This document shows positions 13,169 to 24,912 of a stretch of DNA of 64,000 nucleotides, piece after piece. The stretch is taken from positions 186,001 through 250,000 of the forward strand of contig OZ024749.1 of NCBI GenBank assembly GCA_964016885.1, read 5' to 3'. The position numbers and the translations under genes are program-made. The stretch's first letter is position 1. Every line of letters starts with the position of its first letter. This DNA is from Eledone cirrhosa. Taxonomy: Eukaryota. Below the pieces are notes generated by a model. It was not told where the DNA came from. It saw only the letters and a program-made list of their open reading frames with translations, and did no database searches.

Positions 13169-15375
13169 CACTTGCTCCTTGTGGCTTCTGATGCAGACAT
13201 CATGTCCGCCATCAGGTCCTTCCCAGCTAGCAGCTGCGGAGATGTTGATGGTCTCTGACCAGGCCTCCTCAAGGAGTTGATATCTCCCCTCTCCGCTGAG
13301 GCCGGGCGCCGCCTTCTGGGTGCAATTGTGGCGCTCACCAATAGGCTCATCCATGGCGCCCTGGACTCTTATGCTCGAGGCCTCTTTTTTTCGGCCAGCC
13401 TCACCGCTCTCAGGAAGAAAGAGGATGGCATACGCCCCATTGCTGTGGGCAATGTCTTCCGGAGGCTGGCTGCCAAGGTAATCTGCAAGTCCGTAACACT
13501 CGGAACCGGCATCCAGGGCCTCCAGCCACCTCATTGTCAAGTTTGACATGAGGAATGCCTTCAACTCTTTACGCTGGGATCATCTGCTCGAGGCCTGCCT
13601 CAGCCGAGCCCCCTCTGCCTACCTGTCATATGGAGCCCCAAGCATGCGCCATGCTGCTGATACGGTCATACCCTTGGCTACTGGGATCCAACAGGGCAAC
13701 CCCTTTGGGACCCCTCCTGTTCACCCTTGGTATTGACCACATCGCCCGGAGTATAACGGCCTCTCTCAACGTTTGGTATCTGGATGATGCTACTTTGGGT
13801 GGGCCCGTACAGGCGGTCTGCCATGACCTTCAATCGGTGGTTCCTGCCCTGGCGGGAATCGACCTCCAGGTCAACTCAGCCAAGTCGGAGGTGGTGAATG
13901 TCAGCCTCGATGCTGCAAGCTTTGCAGTCTCCGTCTTGGACGTGCGGTCCATTCTCCGCCAGGTTCAGGTGACCCCCAAAGAGGATGCCCTCACCGATCC
14001 ACCCGCCGGCCATCCGCTCCTCCATCAAGTCCAGACTCTCACGAGCCGACTGGGCTTGATTGATGGCCACCCAGTTCTCTTTCTGCTGAGGAACTGCTAC
14101 GCCATGCCGAAGCTCCTCTATACACTCTGTGCTACACCTAAACTTGTATCCGAGCAGCAGCCGATGAGATATGCAACTTTACCTGTCAGGTATGGCGGCC
14201 TTCGCCTCCAGTCCCCGATCTCACTAGCTTTGCCGGTATATCTTTCGTCGGTAACCTCGTACCACGTCCTCCTCAGCAGGGTTCTTCAAAACACAACAGA
14301 ACCCTCTGTGTTCAGAGAACGCGTGGCCGCCTGTGAGACGTGGGACCGGCTGGGACTTAGCCCAGTAGACGTTCCTCCTCCTTCTCCCCCTGTTGACGTC
14401 AAGTCCCCCCCAACACACTTGGGATGCCATCCAGTGCAGCCTGGCCTCAGACAGGCTCACGCGCCAGCTCGACCAGCACCGCCTTGTTTGTTTTCGTGCA
14501 GCCTCCAAACCCCACAGTGGGGCCTGGCTCCATGCCCTGCCCTCCTTCTCCACTCGCACGCAGCTAGACAACAATAGCTTGCGCATCGGCGTTTCCCTGA
14601 GGCTCGGCCTCACACCAATGTCGCTGCCGTTTCACCATGGACTCTTTCGGCCTCCACCCGCTTTCCTGTCGCCACAGTGCCAGCCGCAATCCATGCCATG
14701 CTGCCCTCAACGAAGTCATTAAGCATGGCTTGGACGCTGCAGGCTTCCCTTCCCAGCTCGAGGGGACGGCAAAAGGCTAGATGGCATGACCATCTTCCCG
14801 TTCCGCGGTGGCAAACCCCTCGTCTGGGATGCCACTTGCACCGACACTTTCTGCAGCCGCAACCTGGTGCAGTCTGCGACTGGCCCAGGTTCTGCTGCAC
14901 GTCAGGCTGAGGGGGCCAAACTCCTCACATATCGTTCACTCTCCGACAGGTTTGCGGTCGTACCCCTGGAAGTGGAGACTTCTGGTGTCCTCGGCCCCAG
15001 GGCTACCTCCTTACTCACCACCATAGGCGCTGAGCTGGCCAGCCGCAGGTGTGAGCCCCGCGAGTTGGAGTGGCTTTTCCAGCGCGTGTCCCTTGCCGTG
15101 CTCCGGGGAAACGCCTTCTCCATTCTGTCCGCCGGGGCTGTGGGTGGGCCCCATCGCGTACCGTTATGAATGTATACAAAACAACTAAATCTCTTAAATA
15201 ACTTCACTTATATCCAAAACATGATTTGTATATACATCAACAGTGACTCATTATTATACGCCAGTCACGACCCCACTGCAAACACGATATCTATATAACA
15301 ACCCCACCGTAAAACTACTCTTCCCCACTTTACAAACACTTTATATTATTTGTCATTAAGGTTTCTTAAAATAAA
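13169..15375 (+). mobile_element. CRE-like RT/RLE element, copy 3
   Basis: Same motifs, in ORFs 13277-13546, 13555-14577 and 14786-15169. Confidence 0.88.
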
Positions 15376-16975
15376 TATATATACGTATGTGTAGTAATTA
15401 GTACAGGGACGAGTGTGTCTTGGTGGAGGGCACATGGGACCAGCAAAGTCCTAAAAGTAGAGACCAGTAAATGAGATAAGGTCGTAGCTATGTTAAGAAT
15501 ATACATAAGAAACATGTTCTAAACATTTAAGAAATAATTATTTACCTCTTTCATGTCGGTAATATAGCGGTGTTATAAAACTAATTATAACGACCGGTGT
15601 TAAAATAGAGAGAGATAGACAGATAAATGTGTGTCACACTCTCACCCTCTCTTTAAATCTTTTACACTATCTAACTCGTACTTCTCACACTCTCTTTAAA
15701 TCTTTTACTCTATCTACCTGTGTATGTATGTATCTGTCTATGTGTAACTCGGTGTACTGGAGCAATATGAAGTGAAGTGTCTTGCTGAAGAAGACATTTT
15801 GTGGAGTTATATCATCGTTTCTTGTTATAAAGCTACTTATACTACCGGCGTAACAGTGGCTATAGGTGATAGATGTAGAAATAAAAGGCTGTAACAGCGA
15901 TATAAATATAGATGAAATAGTTTACCACGAGACTAAGAATGAATGTTTAATGGAATTAAGTGTAATCTAATAGGAAATAAGAGGCTAGAGCAGCGAAATG
16001 TTTACGTAAAATAAAAGAACAACAAACAAGAGTGCAACGTTGAAATTTTTGTTTTATTTTGTCGATATAAGCGTTATTTTATGCGCGATTTGCCTTGCTG
16101 CCGGCGTTGATCAGTCAGTAGAAGCCCCGCTTACGAACTTCGGGAGCCAACGACTTTACATGGTTCGAATCTCACCCTCTCCGCTCTTGTCGAGTTATCT
16201 CCTACTCTTTTTACTTAGTTCCAGGTCACTAAAATAGAGCAAAGAGGGCGCGGCGATCGGCATATGCACTGGCTACAATGTTGAACTTTGGTACTGACTG
16301 CGTAGTTGAACGTTCCATATACCAACCGCCCAACTGGCCAGTCAACCGCAAATACGGCTGGCTGGCCGGTTGGGTAGTTGGCATATGTACTGGCTACCAT
16401 GCTGAACATTGTACTGACTGTCAAGTTGAACGTTCTAACCCTCTCTTTACATCTATTACTCTATCTACCGCTTATTTCTTTCCCTCTCTTTACTTCTATA
16501 ACTCTATCTCACGCTCTCTTTACATCTATTACAGTGTCTCCCTGTATATATACACGTATATATGCACTAGATTTTATAAGAAATCTACGTAATAATATAA
16601 TTAACAATAGTTGATGAATTAGACCAGAGTTAATTAAACAATAAATATGAATGAAATAGCAGTAGATGGCGAAACTTGAGTGTTGTGTGTGCATACATAT
16701 ATATGAGGTAAACTGGTTCAAATACTGTCAGGATTATATTGGATCAAAGACTGTATTAAATAGAAAGTAAAAAATGAAGTGAAAATATAAAAACAAACTG
16801 AAAATTTCCCCATCCCTAGAAAAATTCATATCTTGTTATATATAGATAATTGGCGCTTTAAATTGAATAAATATTCATTTATATATATATATGTATATGT
16901 ACACTGATATATATGTGTGTATATATGTATGTGTATATATATGTACATATATGTATGTGTATATGTGTACATATG

Positions 16976-17012
<37 letters not shown>

Positions 17013-19278
17013 ACTTCATCATACGTCCGCTTTTTCATGCTTGCAAGGGTGGGATGGGAGCTGATTCTGGATTGGTTTCTACAGCTGGGTGCCCTTCCTG
17101 ACGCCAACCCCGTTTGCAGTGAGTGCTGGGTGCTTTTTTTTTCCGTGTCACCTCCACGTCAGCTTTACAGTGTGGGCTGGGTGCTTTTTTGCCGCGGCGC
17201 CTCCACGACCACTTTGGGGTGGTGGGGTGGTATGTGTATACCCAGCCCATTGTCATTTCCCACACAGAAAAGCTTATTGCATCGTTCTTTACCCACGATG
17301 AATCTAGCAGACCCACCCCTCCACCTGCTCTCTTGAATAAAACAAACATCGACCTCCTTGCGTTCAAGCATTTCTACAACCACGTTAGAGCCACCCTTTA
17401 AGGTGCCTACATTCATGGTACCAACTCTGAAGTTTTGGATTGCGTTTGGAGGGTGGGAGCGGTGGGGAGCGGGGATGGGGTTATGTTAGCCATCCGCGGC
17501 CGAAACAAAGAGGAGGAGCCCTTGCATTCTCGTCCATGAGGTGGATTTGTCTTTATGTATGTATATATATATGTATGTATGTGTGTGTATGTATGTATAT
17601 GTATATATATGAGTGTATATGTATATGTGTATATGTATGTATATGTATGTGTATGTATGTGTATATATGTGTATATGTATGTGTGTGTATGTATATGTGT
17701 GTGTATGTATATATATATATGTATGTGTATGTATATGTATATGTATGTATATGTATGTATGTGTATATGTATATATGTATGTATATGTGTGTATGTATGT
17801 ATGTATATATGTATGTATGTGTATATATGTATATATGTATGTATGTGTATATATGTATGTATATATGTATGTATGTATATGTATATATATGTATGTATAT
17901 GTATATATGTATGTATGTATATGTATATATACGTGTGTATATGTATATATACTTGTGTATATGCTTATGTATGTGTATGTATGTATATGTATATATATAT
18001 GTATGTATATATATATGTATGTATGTGTATATATGTATGTATGTGTATATATGTATGTATGTGTATATATGTATGTATGTGTATGTATGTGTGTATATGT
18101 ATGTATGTGTATATATGTATGTATATGCATGTATGTATATGTATATATACTTATGTATGCGTATGTATGTATATGTATATTATGTATATATATATATGTA
18201 TGTATGTATATGTATGTATATGTGTATGTATGTATGTATGTGTGTCTATGTATGTATGTATATGTATGTGTATGTATATGGAGGCACATGGCTTAGTGGT
18301 TAGAGCATTGGCCTGGCAATCGAAAGGTTGTGAGTTCAATTCTCAGACCGGGTGATGTGTTGTTTCCTTGAGCAAGACACTTTATTTCACATTGCTCCAG
18401 TTTACTCAGCTGTAGAAATGAGATGATAGGGACTGGGGTCCATATCATTCCACTGCAAAGTGGTCGTGGAGGTGCCACGGCAAAAAAGCACCCAGCACTC
18501 ACTGTAAATGAGGTTGGTGTTAGGAAGGGCATCCAGCTGTAGAAATCAAGCCAGAATCAGTTCCCGTCCCACCCTTGCAAGCAGGGAAAAAGCGGACTTA
18601 AAACGAAATGATGATGATGATGATGATGATGATGTATGTATGTGTATATGTATGTATGTATGTATGTATATGTATGTATGTGTATGAGATGCAGTTTGCT
18701 TTTGTGCCTCTGAAAAGTACAACAGATGCCCTCTTCTTAGTGAGACAACTACAAGAGAGGTTCTTAGAGACAAATAAGCCACTATACTTAGCTTTGGACA
18801 TAGAGAAGGCTTTTGATAGAGAACTCTTATAAATGTCAACATATATATATGTGTGTGTATATATATATTTTTTTTAAAACTATATATTTATTACTCCCTT
18901 AAGCAGAAGAAATATATTCCCAGATATCGAAGATTACCACAATAACTAGGGAGCGGAAGTCAATAGATGCTGGACATTGCTGCTGAGGGTAGGATGACCT
19001 GATGAGCTGGCTCCTGTGGTGGATACCTAAACATAGTAAGACCCAAGTGGGATGACTGAGGTTCACCTACATACATCAGATGTCTCTGGATCTCCAGCTG
19101 GAGATTAATGATCTCAGGAATGCCATGAAAAATCGTGACATCTAAAAAAGAAGAGTAGAATTGTTCTGGCCAATCCACCTGACCTAATAAACAATAATAA
19201 TATTAATATATATTGATGAAAATTAATTATGGTGAAATATCTTAGAAATCATTCTCAGAGGTTTTGTATTGTAATCCA

Positions 19279-20350
19279 CACTTGCTCCTTGTGGCTTCTG
19301 ATGCAGACATCATGTCCGCCATCAGGTCCTTCCCAGCTAGCAGCTGCGGAGATGTTGAAGATCTCTGACCAGGCCTCCTCAAGGAGTTGATATCTCCCCT
19401 CTCTGCTGAGGCCGGGCACCGCCTTCTGAGTGCAATTGTGGCGCTCACCAATAGGCTCATCCATGGTGCCCCGGACTCTTACGCTCGAGGCCTCTTTTTT
19501 TCGGCCAGCCTCACCACTCTCAGGAAGAAAGAGGGTGGCATACGCCCCATTGCTGTGGGCAATGTCTTCCGGAGGCTGGCTGCCAAGGTAATCTGCAAGT
19601 CCGTAACACTTGGAACCGGCATCCAGGGCCTCCAGCCACCTCATTGTCAAGTTTGACATGAGGAATGCCTTCAACTCTTTACGCTGGGATCATCTGTTCG
19701 AGGCCTGCCTCAGCCGAGCCCCCTCAGCCTACCTGTCATATGGAGCCCCGAGCATGCGCCATGCTGCTGATACGGTCATACCCTTGGCTACTGGGATCCA
19801 ACAGGGCAACCCTTTGGGACCCCTCCTGTTCACCCTTGGTATTGACCACATCGCCCGGAGTATAACGGCCCCTCTCAACGTTTGGTATCTGGATGATGCT
19901 ACTTTGGGTGGGCCCGTACAGACGGTCTGCCATGACCTTCAATTGGTGGTTCCTGCCCTGGCGAAAATCGACCTCCAGGTCAACTCAGCCAAGTCGGAGG
20001 TGGTGAATGTCAGCCTCGATGCTGCAAGCTTTGCAGTCTCCGTCTTGGACGTGCGGTCCATTCTCCGCCAGGTTCAGGTGACCCCCAAAGAGGATGCCCT
20101 CACCGATCCACCCGCCGGCCATCCGCTCCACCATCAAGTCCAGACTATCACGAGCCGACTGGGCTTGATTGATGGCCACCCAGTTCTCTTTCTGTTGAGG
20201 AACTGCTACGCCATGCCGAAGCTCCTCTATACACTCTGTGCTACACCCAGACTTGTATCCGAGCAGCAGCCGATGAGATATGCAACTTTACCTGTCAGGT
20301 ATGGCGGCCTTCACCTCCAGTCCCCGATCTCACTAGCTTTGCCGGCGTAT
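19279..20350 (+). mobile_element. CRE-like element, copy 4 (RT only, 3' half deleted)
   Basis: ORF 19610-20434 has KFDMRNAFN, QQGNPLGPLLF and YLDD in one frame. It then jumps to sequence equivalent to ~4717. Confidence 0.87.
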
Positions 20351-21109
20351 TTACATCTTTACATCTATTACAGTGTCTCCCTGTATATTTACACGTATAT
20401 ATGCACTAGATTTTATAACAAATCTACGAAATAATATAATTAACAATAGTTGATGAATTAGACCAGAGTTAATTAAACAATAAATATGAATGAAATGGCA
20501 GTAGATGGCGAAACTTGAGTGTTGTGTGCATACATATATATGAGGTAAACTGGTTCAAATACTGTCAGGATTATATTGGATCAAAGACTGTATTAAATAG
20601 AAAGTAAAAAATGAAGTGAAAATTTAAAAACAAACTGAAAATTTCACCATCCCTAGAAAAATTCATATCTTGTTATATATAGATAATTGGCGCTTTAAAT
20701 TGAATAAATATTCATTTATATATATATATATGTATATATATATGTACACTGATATATATGTGTATATATATGTACATATATGTATGTGTATATGTGTACA
20801 TACGTTTTCCATGCTTGCAAAGGTGGGATGGGAGCTGATTCTGGATTTGTTTCTACAGCTGGATGCCCTTCCTGGCGCCAACCCCGTTTGCAGTGAGTGC
20901 TGGGTGCTTTTTTTTCCGTGGCACCTCCACGTCAACTTTACAGTGTGGGCTGAGTGCTTTTTTGCCGTGGCGCCTCCACGACCACTTTTCGGTGGGGTGG
21001 TGGGGGCCCCGGTCCTGTCATCTCATTTCTACAGCTGAGTAATATGAAATAATATATATACTGATGTATATGTATATATATATATATGTGTGTGTGTAAG
21101 TACTGGTAT

Positions 21110-22251
21110 CGGTACAAGCCATGTATAGGGGAGCAGTCAGCAAAGTTAGGATTGGCAATGAGTATAGCGAGGAATTTAGCGTACAGGTTGGGGTCCACCA
21201 GGGCTCTGTTCTTAGCCCTCTCCTGTTCATCATAGTCCTGCAGGCAATAACGGAGGAGTTTAAGACCGGATGCCCATGGGAACTCCTGTATGCTGATGAC
21301 CTCGCACTCATAGCTGAATCTATGGTAGAACTAGAGAATAAATTCCAAACCTGGAAGCAGGGACTAGAGAGAAAGGGCCTCAAAGTCAACATGACAAAGA
21401 CTAAGGTCCTTATAAGTAGACGAGAAAACAGAACCCAGATCCCCTCAGGGAAATGGCCTTGCTCAGTATGTAGGAAAGGTGTAGGTAGGAACTCCATTCT
21501 TTGCCCCAAATGCAAACAATGGGTACACAAGAGATGTAGCGGGATCTCAGGAAGCTTAATTAAGAATGTAGGATTCACATGCAGCAGCTGTGCTGAAACA
21601 GCAAGCAAACAGCCACAGGAAACAAGTACCACCAATCTCTGGGAGGGCCCTGTAGAAACAGTAGACAGCTTCTGCTACCTAGGTGACCGAATTAGCAACG
21701 GAGGTGGGTGCTCAGAAAGTACAATAACTAGGGTAAGAACGGGATGGAAGAAGTTTAGGGAACTACTACCACTGCTAGCTGCAAAAGGCTTCTCCCTCAG
21801 AATGAAAGGCAGACTGTATGATGCGTGTATCCGAACAGCGATGTTGCATGGTAGTGAGACCTGGGCGCTGAAGGTGGAAGACTTACGTAGATTAGAGAGA
21901 AACGAAGCCTGCATGCTCCGATGGATGTGTAACAGTAATATACGTGAATGACAAAGCATAAATGAATTGAGAGAGAGACTGAGCATAAGAGGAATCAAAT
22001 GCTGCGTGCAGGAGAGGCGGTTACGCTGGTATGGACATGTGATGCGTATGAAGGATGACAGCTGCATAAAAAGGTGCAGAGCACTAGAAGTTGATGGAAA
22101 CCGCGGAGTGGGGAGACCCAAGATGACTTGGAATGAGGTGATAAAAGCCGACCTTACCCAACTACACCTCTCAAAGTCAATGACACACGACCGTGACTTC
22201 TGGCGTCACGCAGTAATACAGGGTACCCGACCTCCCATGGGTACATGCTGA
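21110..22251 (+). mobile_element. RTE LINE, 5'-truncated RT and C-terminus
   Basis: GVHQGSVLSPLLF, LLYADD, PHD-like CSVC..CPKCKQWVHKRC, RLRWYGHV. There is an internal stop at 21949-21951. Confidence 0.93.
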
Positions 22252-22544
22252 AGCATATAAACAATATGCCCCCCCCCCCCCACCGCAAGGTGGTCGTGGA
22301 GGTGCCACGGCAAAAAAGCACCCAGCCCACACTGTAAAGTGGACGTGTAGGCGCCACGAAAAAGCACCCAGCACTCACTGTAAATGAGGTTGGTGTTAGG
22401 AAGGGCATCCAGCTGTAGAAATCAAGCCAGATCAGTTCCTGTATGAGCAAGGCATGGTCAGCCGACCAGACACTGCCCACAACAGGACAACCCGTCTAAC
22501 CCATGCTAGCGTGGAAGAACGGACGTAAAACGGTGATGATGATA

Positions 22545-22967
22545 TATGTATGAGTACTGATATATATGTGTATGTGTGTGTATATGTGCTGGCATATATA
22601 TATGTATGTATGTATAAGTACTGATATGTGTATGTATATATATGTATATGTGTATGTGTATATAGGTACTGATATATATATGTGTATATGTATGAGTACT
22701 GATATGTGTGTATGTGTATAAGTACTGATATATATATGTATATGTGTATGAGTACTGGTATATATATGTATGTATGTTTAAGTACTAATATATGAATACT
22801 AATGTATAAATACTGATATATAAGTATTAATGTATAAGTACTGATATGTATGTGTATGTATGAGTACTGGTATATATATGTATATCTCTGTGTATGGGGA
22901 CTGATATGTATATATATATGTATGTGTATATGTATAAGTACTGTCTATGTGTATATGTATAGGTACT

Positions 22968-23018
<51 letters not shown>

Positions 23019-23335
23019 AAATACTGTGTATATGTGTATATGTATAAATACTGTGTATATGTGTATATGTATAAATACTATGTATGTGTATATGTATGGG
23101 TACTGATATATATATGTATGTATATGTATATGTGTGTGTATAAAGACTGATATGCATATGTATGTGTATGTATGAGTACTATATATATGTATATATGTAT
23201 AAATACTGATATATATATATGTATGGGTACTGGTATATATATGTATATGTGAATACTAATGTATATGTGTGTGTGTGTGTGTATATATGTGTGTGTATAT
23301 ATGTGTGTGTATATATGTGTGTGTATATGTATATA

Positions 23336-23368
<33 letters not shown>

Positions 23369-23425
23369 GTGTATGTATGTGTATGTATGTGTATGTATGT
23401 GTATGTATGTATATGTATATATGTA
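22545..23425. repeat. Compound microsatellite with recurring AGTACTGATAT motif
   Basis: GTACTGAT/GTACTGGT units are repeated within TA/TG tracts. Confidence 0.85.
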
Positions 23426-24059
23426 TTATCATCATCATCATCATCTTCGTTTAACGTCCATATTCCACGCTCGCATGGGTTTGGACGGGAGTTTTCCCAC
23501 TTGAGGCAAGAGTGGTTGTCTTGCTCGCATAGGACTGTCTGGCGGGTTTTCTACTGCTGGATGCCCTTCCTAACACCAACCACATTTACAGTGTGGAACT
23601 GGGAGGTTTTTACCGTGTTACCTACACGGCCACATTTCAGCGTGGACTGTGTGTGCTTTTGTCATGACACCTACACGACCTCATTTGTTTTGGGCTGGAT
23701 GTTGTGATACCAACATAACTTTACATTGACAGGGGTGGTGTGGATGGGGTGGGGGTAGTGGGACGGGGGTGTATTTTGTTAGTGGTGCCTACTGACTTTT
23801 TTTCGGCCAGCCTCACCGCTCTCAGGAAGAAAGAGGGTGGCATACGCCCATTTTCGGTTGTTAAATTACATTAAAACTATGTCTACTATTGAAATATTGA
23901 GATAAACATATACACTACTATTTCCATCGAATAAATGAGTTCTCTGCATTTAGAAGCCATTTCTGTATTAAATATGGCATATAATTTACTAATACCACTC
24001 ATATTGATGAGTATTAGTCCTGTAGAAGCCATTTTTGTATTTAATATTGCATATAATAT

Positions 24060-24246
24060 AGGTGGTGGATTGGCAGTATTGGTAGAGGGTCGGACGCCAT
24101 GCTTTCCAGCATAGTTACGTCCCTTTACGATCTGAGTTCAAATCCCGCCGAGGTTGACTTTGCCTTTCATCCTTACGGGGGTCGATAAAATAAAGTACCA
24201 GTAATGAACTGGGTAATTGCTGGCCTTGTGCCTAAAGTAGAAACAA
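24060..24246 (+). mobile_element. Second tRNA-SINE family (Nin/Deu-like centre); copies 29963-30143 +, ~31350-31525 -, ~39851-40026 +, partial ~41705-41800 -
   Basis: B box GAGTTCAAATCCC followed by GAGGTTGACTTTGCCTTTCATCCTTACGGGGTCGATAAAATAAAGTACC. This copy is flanked by a ~15-bp TSD, AATATTGCATATAAT. Confidence 0.85.
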
Positions 24247-24287
24247 ATATTGCATATAATGTACTATTTCCTTCGAATTAATGAGAT

Positions 24288-24912
24288 AACTGAAGTCAAA
24301 GAAAAAAGTGAAGGTAAAGGAGGTAAATTATGTAAAAGTCAAGATCAGGGAGGTAACTCATAAGAAGGGAGATAATTGAAGACAAGGGAAAAAGTGAAGG
24401 TAAGGGAGGTAACTCATAAGAATGGAGATAAAACAATGGAAAACGTTAAGGTAAGGAAGTTAATTTCTGAGAAGGGAGATAACTAAAGACATCGGAAAAG
24501 TCAAGGTATAGGAAGTAAATGATGAAAACGGAGATAAATGAAGTCAAAGAAAAAAGTCAAGGTAAGTGAGATAACTCACGAACAAGGAGATAACAGAAGT
24601 CAAGGTAAGGCAGGTAACTCATTAAAAAGGAGAAAACTGAAGTCAAAGTAGAGAGGTAACTATGAAAAAGTCAATCTAAGGGAGGTAACTCATAAGAAAA
24701 GAGATAATTGAAAACGCGGGAAAAAGTCATGGTAACTCACGAAAAAGGAGATAACTGAAGTCAAAGAAAAAAAATTCAAGTTATGGGAGATAACGGAGAT
24801 AACTCATAAAGTCAATGAAAAAAGTAAATGTAAGGAAGGTAACTCATGAAAAAAGAGATAACCGAAGTAAAAAGTGAAGGTGAGGGTTGTAACTCATGAA
24901 AAGGGAGATAAG
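24288..24912 (+). repeat. Purine-rich ~55-bp minisatellite
   Basis: Repeated AAGTCAAGGTAAGGGAGGTAACTCATAAGAAGGGAGATAACTGAAG-like units. Confidence 0.85.

Larger units (their letters stand above)
1..21000 (+). repeat. Tandem segmental array, ~5.9-kb composite unit, ~3.5 copies
   Basis: The SINE head GGAGGCACATGG recurs at 348, 6246, 12165 and 18280 (spacings 5898, 5919, 6115). The same ORF sets recur. The fourth copy has an internal deletion at ~20350 and ends near 21000. Confidence 0.97.

Noticed and set aside
21018-22121. Minus-strand ORFs of 205 and 148 aa (similar ones at 33556-34272 and 62637-63773)
   Set aside because: They are antisense shadows of RTE coding sequence.
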